Below are positions 26,512 to 28,830 of a stretch of 28,830 bases of DNA, one piece after another. Origin of the DNA: Bacteroidales bacterium (lineage in GTDB: Bacteria > Bacteroidota > Bacteroidia > Bacteroidales > NBLH01); the NCBI GenBank assembly GCA_026988445.1, contig JALSLF010000644.1:1-28830 (forward strand), read 5' to 3'. Position numbers and translations under genes: made by a program. Below the pieces are notes generated by a model. The model did no database searches, was not told the DNA's origin, and saw only the letters and a list, made by a program, of their open reading frames with translations. Position 1 is the first letter of the stretch. Every line of letters starts with the position of its first letter.

Positions 26512-27621
26512 ATGAAAAGAATAAGTTTAGTAATAATAGCTGTTGTTTTGTTCTTATCTGCTCAGCTGCTTAGTGCACAGGCAAAAATTGAGTTTAAAGA
26601 GACCACTTTTGCTTTTGGAAAAATTCACGAAGACGGTGGTTTAGCTGCTCATAAATTTATATTTAAAAATACCGGAAATCAACCGGTAATTATTACCAAT
26701 GTAGAGTCAAGTTGCGGTTGTACTACGCCGCAGTGGACACGTAAACCCGTAAAACCCGGCGAATCCGGTTTTGTAAGTGCTCAATACGACCCGCGCAACC
26801 GCCCGGGAGCTTTCAATAAGCATATTTTGGTATATAATACAGCCACCAAAGCTCCTGTTAAATTAGTAGTTACCGGAGAAGTAATTCCAAAAGAAAAAAC
26901 CTTATCGGATATTTATCGTTTTCAGATGGGACCTTTGCGTTTGAAAACAAATCATGTGGCATTTGCACGAATGGCTAACACCGATGTTAAAAAACAAACA
27001 ATTGGTATTGTAAACGATTCCGATAAAGAAATAAAAGTAAGTTTTGATACCAAAAGAATCCCCCAACATATAAAAACAGAAATAATACCTTCGGTATTAA
27101 AACCTAAACAAGAAGGAAAAATTACCATTACCTACGATGCTTCAAAGAAAAACGATTGGGACTATGTATATGATCGTTTGAATATATTGGTTAACGGTCA
27201 ACCGCAAATGAGAAATACCTTAACGGTGAGCGCAACTATTGTTGAAGATTTTTCAAAACTCAGCAAAGAAGAATTAGCCAATGCACCAACTATGGATTTT
27301 GAAAGTCGCGAATATAATTTCGGACAAATAAAACAGGGTGATGTAATCAATCATGTTTTTAAATTTAAAAATAACGGAAAACGCGATTTGTTAATTCATA
27401 AAACACGTTCAAGTTGTGGATGCACAACTGCCGAAGTACCTAAGATAATAAAACCCGGACAAACAGGAGAAATAAAAGTTATTTTCAATTCAGCACATAA
27501 ATCAGGAAAACAAAACAAAACCGTAACTTTAATAACCAACATTCCCGGAAAAGATAAAAACGGGCGTGATAAATATAAAGTAGTACTTCGTATGCGCGGC
27601 GAAGTAATTTTACCTCAATAA
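26512..27621 (+). CDS. DUF1573 domain-containing exported protein (three Ig-like repeats)
   Basis: Two F.F.N.G..P/D..I..V.SSCGCT...PG..G motifs flanking a degenerate middle repeat; signal peptide ending LSA-Q. Confidence 0.88.
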   Translation: MKRISLVIIAVVLFLSAQLLSAQAKIEFKETTFAFGKIHEDGGLAAHKFIFKNTGNQPVIITNVESSCGCTTPQWTRKPVKPGESGFVSAQYDPRNRPGAFNKHILVYNTATKAPVKLVVTGEVIPKEKTLSDIYRFQMGPLRLKTNHVAFARMANTDVKKQTIGIVNDSDKEIKVSFDTKRIPQHIKTEIIPSVLKPKQEGKITITYDASKKNDWDYVYDRLNILVNGQPQMRNTLTVSATIVEDFSKLSKEELANAPTMDFESREYNFGQIKQGDVINHVFKFKNNGKRDLLIHKTRSSCGCTTAEVPKIIKPGQTGEIKVIFNSAHKSGKQNKTVTLITNIPGKDKNGRDKYKVVLRMRGEVILPQ

Positions 27622-27632
27622 ACTGATTATTT

Positions 27633-27778
27633 GGGCGGCTACGCGCTTTCCGCTTGTAGTCCTCGCCCGCAATACAGCAAAAGCAAAAGCCGCAAAGTAG
27701 CTTCCGTTGGTCGCTCTTTGCGGCTTGCTTTTTGCATGCATTGCGTCCTGTGGGCTACCGCTTCAATCGCTGCCGCAG
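27633..27778. ncRNA. Flavo-1-like structured RNA / palindromic repeat element
   Basis: GC-rich island in AT-rich DNA. Long imperfect hairpin (27669-27697 pairs with 27716-27744) capped by TAGCTTCCGTTGGTCGCT. Outer stems TAGTCC/GGGCTA and GCGGC/GCCGC enclose a symmetric internal loop with CCGCT on both strands. The family assignment is from memory of the Flavo-1 consensus. Confidence 0.55.
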
Positions 27779-28093
27779 CACATAAACCTGTCCGTGTGTG
27801 TAAGCACCTGGCAGTGGTTAAAATCTTAACTGTAAATAGAAAATCAAAAATCTTTAATCGGTGTTCGTTATTCGTTATTCAGAAAAAATAAATGGCTAAA
27901 ACTTGTTTGACAACCGACAGATTGGATAACATAACCGCTCAATTTCAGAACAACTTATCCTATGAGAAATAGGATGACCCAATTTCAGAATATCTGCTAT
28001 AAGGATTTAAGAAGAAACTAAATTTGCTATTTACAGATACTCGTAATCTATTAATATTTATCTTCAATAATCCGGAGCTTTTTTGTAATCAAC

Positions 28094-28210
28094 TGACAAT
28101 GAGCTATTATTAATAGCCCCGACTTTTAAGTCGGGGAATAATTAAGTAACATAACAGTAGGGCTTTAGCCCAATTGAATATTTATCAAACAAAAAATTTA
28201 ACAGACTATT
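28094..28210. repeat. REP-like two-palindrome intergenic repeat, copy 2
   Basis: TATTATTAATAG-CCCCGACTTTTAAGTCGGGG-AA (28105-28138) is identical to 2379-2412. Followed by GGGCTTTAGCCC (28160-28171) and AAAAAATTTAAC. Confidence 0.8.
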
Positions 28211-28233
28211 ATATCTTGTTAAACTCTAAAATC

Positions 28234-28307
28234 AATATTCCTTGTTCAATCCGCCGATAGTCTGACAAGTTATTCTTTATTCATTTGATTTACGAACAAG
28301 GAACATT
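28234..28307. repeat. Short inverted-repeat-bounded element carrying the AATCCGCCGATAGTC module
   Basis: AATATTCCTTGTTC ... GAACAAGGAACATT (13/14 inverted match). The internal AATCCGCCGATAGTC also occurs at 17307-17321. Confidence 0.55.
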
Positions 28308-28410
28308 CATTTACAAATTATAAAGTTTTAAGTTTAACAATCCTTGGTGGTCAGACAAGTAAATTCTTTATTTTACTGAATTAAATGGAGTTCAACCGAT
28401 TTAGCTAATA

Positions 28411-28830
28411 TTAAGGCGTTAAATTAATATACAACCACGGTTGTTTATATTCATAACTCTGTAATTGATGAAAGTTTGTAAATCTCGGTAATAAAATATT
28501 GTGCCTTCTGTTCGCCAATTCAATTACTAATTCATCGCCAAATTTATTCACTTTAAAATTTTGCTCGTTTAAAAAAGACAATTTAAGTTTAATTAAATAA
28601 TTTTTGTTTTTTTCTTCAATAATCATTGTTTTTTCATTGAAAAAAATTGTATCCGGTTTTTTATTTCCATAAGCCTGTTTGGCTATTTTATTTAACAAAC
28701 GCATCCCAAATACTTCCTCGCCTATATGATTTACTTTAAAAATCGGTATTGGTAAAAAACTATCTTCTATATTTTTAATATAGTTTGTTTGCGCATCAAC
28801 ATACGATTTAAAATAATCGGTATCCGTAGT
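28411..28830 (-). CDS. ArsA/GET3-family ATPase, C-terminal part with HSP20-like domain; 5'-truncated by the window edge
   Basis: Frame is open from base 28830: TTDTDYFKSYVDAQTNYIKNIEDSFLPIPIF...EEVFGMRLL...KFGDELVIELANRRHNILLP. This is typical of the tail of ArsA_ATPase + ArsA_HSP20 proteins. Confidence 0.75.
   Translation of the reverse strand, partial: TTDTDYFKSYVDAQTNYIKNIEDSFLPIPIFKVNHIGEEVFGMRLLNKIAKQAYGNKKPDTIFFNEKTMIIEEKNKNYLIKLKLSFLNEQNFKVNKFGDELVIELANRRHNILLPRFTNFHQLQSYEYKQPWLYINLTP

Noticed and set aside
27631-27891. 86-aa ORF on the + strand
   Set aside because: It starts at TTG inside the GC-rich palindromic element, its composition is unlike the real genes, and it is open mainly because the repeat lacks stops.
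27931-27948. ATAACCGCTCAATTTCAG resembling a MITE right end
   Set aside because: The terminal AGG is missing and there is no matching left TIR about 160 bp upstream; it may be a relic but cannot be supported.
798-28372. CRISPR array or tandem repeat array
   Set aside because: The repeats are dispersed and IR-bounded, not regularly spaced with unique spacers, and no cas genes are present.

Overview
AT-rich chromosomal window from a Bacteroidota (Bacteroidales-like) organism. The assignment rests on TAnnTTTG promoter boxes, signal peptides cleaved before Gln and typical gene families. It holds about 21 genes: an ABC-2 ATPase/permease pair, cobU, a small Zn-ribbon ORF, a DnaQ-like exonuclease/GIY-YIG fusion, wzc and wza, a CotH-like kinase candidate coupled to an ankyrin-metallophosphatase, a TPR protein, a DUF2378/V4R-like gene broken by an in-frame TAG, a vWA protein, amrS, yitT, a lipoprotein, a half-size TauE/SafE protein, a WD40-Omp85 protein, an Oar-like TonB-dependent receptor, an EEP phosphatase/nuclease, a DUF1573 protein and the 3' part of an ArsA-family ATPase. 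No rRNA, tRNA, CRISPR array or transposase was seen. The best-supported non-genic signal is a MITE family: three 160-161 bp copies and one 46 bp copy, with CCTAAATT...AATTTAGG termini and 5-bp target duplications. One copy rewrote the C-terminus of the ABC ATPase, and two copies bracket a lipoprotein gene. There are also two more short repeat families and a Flavo-1-like structured RNA/repeat. The best candidate for an undescribed system is the tightly coupled, apparently exported kinase-like/ankyrin-phosphatase pair upstream of an isolated wza-wzc; that interpretation is inference. All family calls come from motif recognition by eye, and no searches were run.
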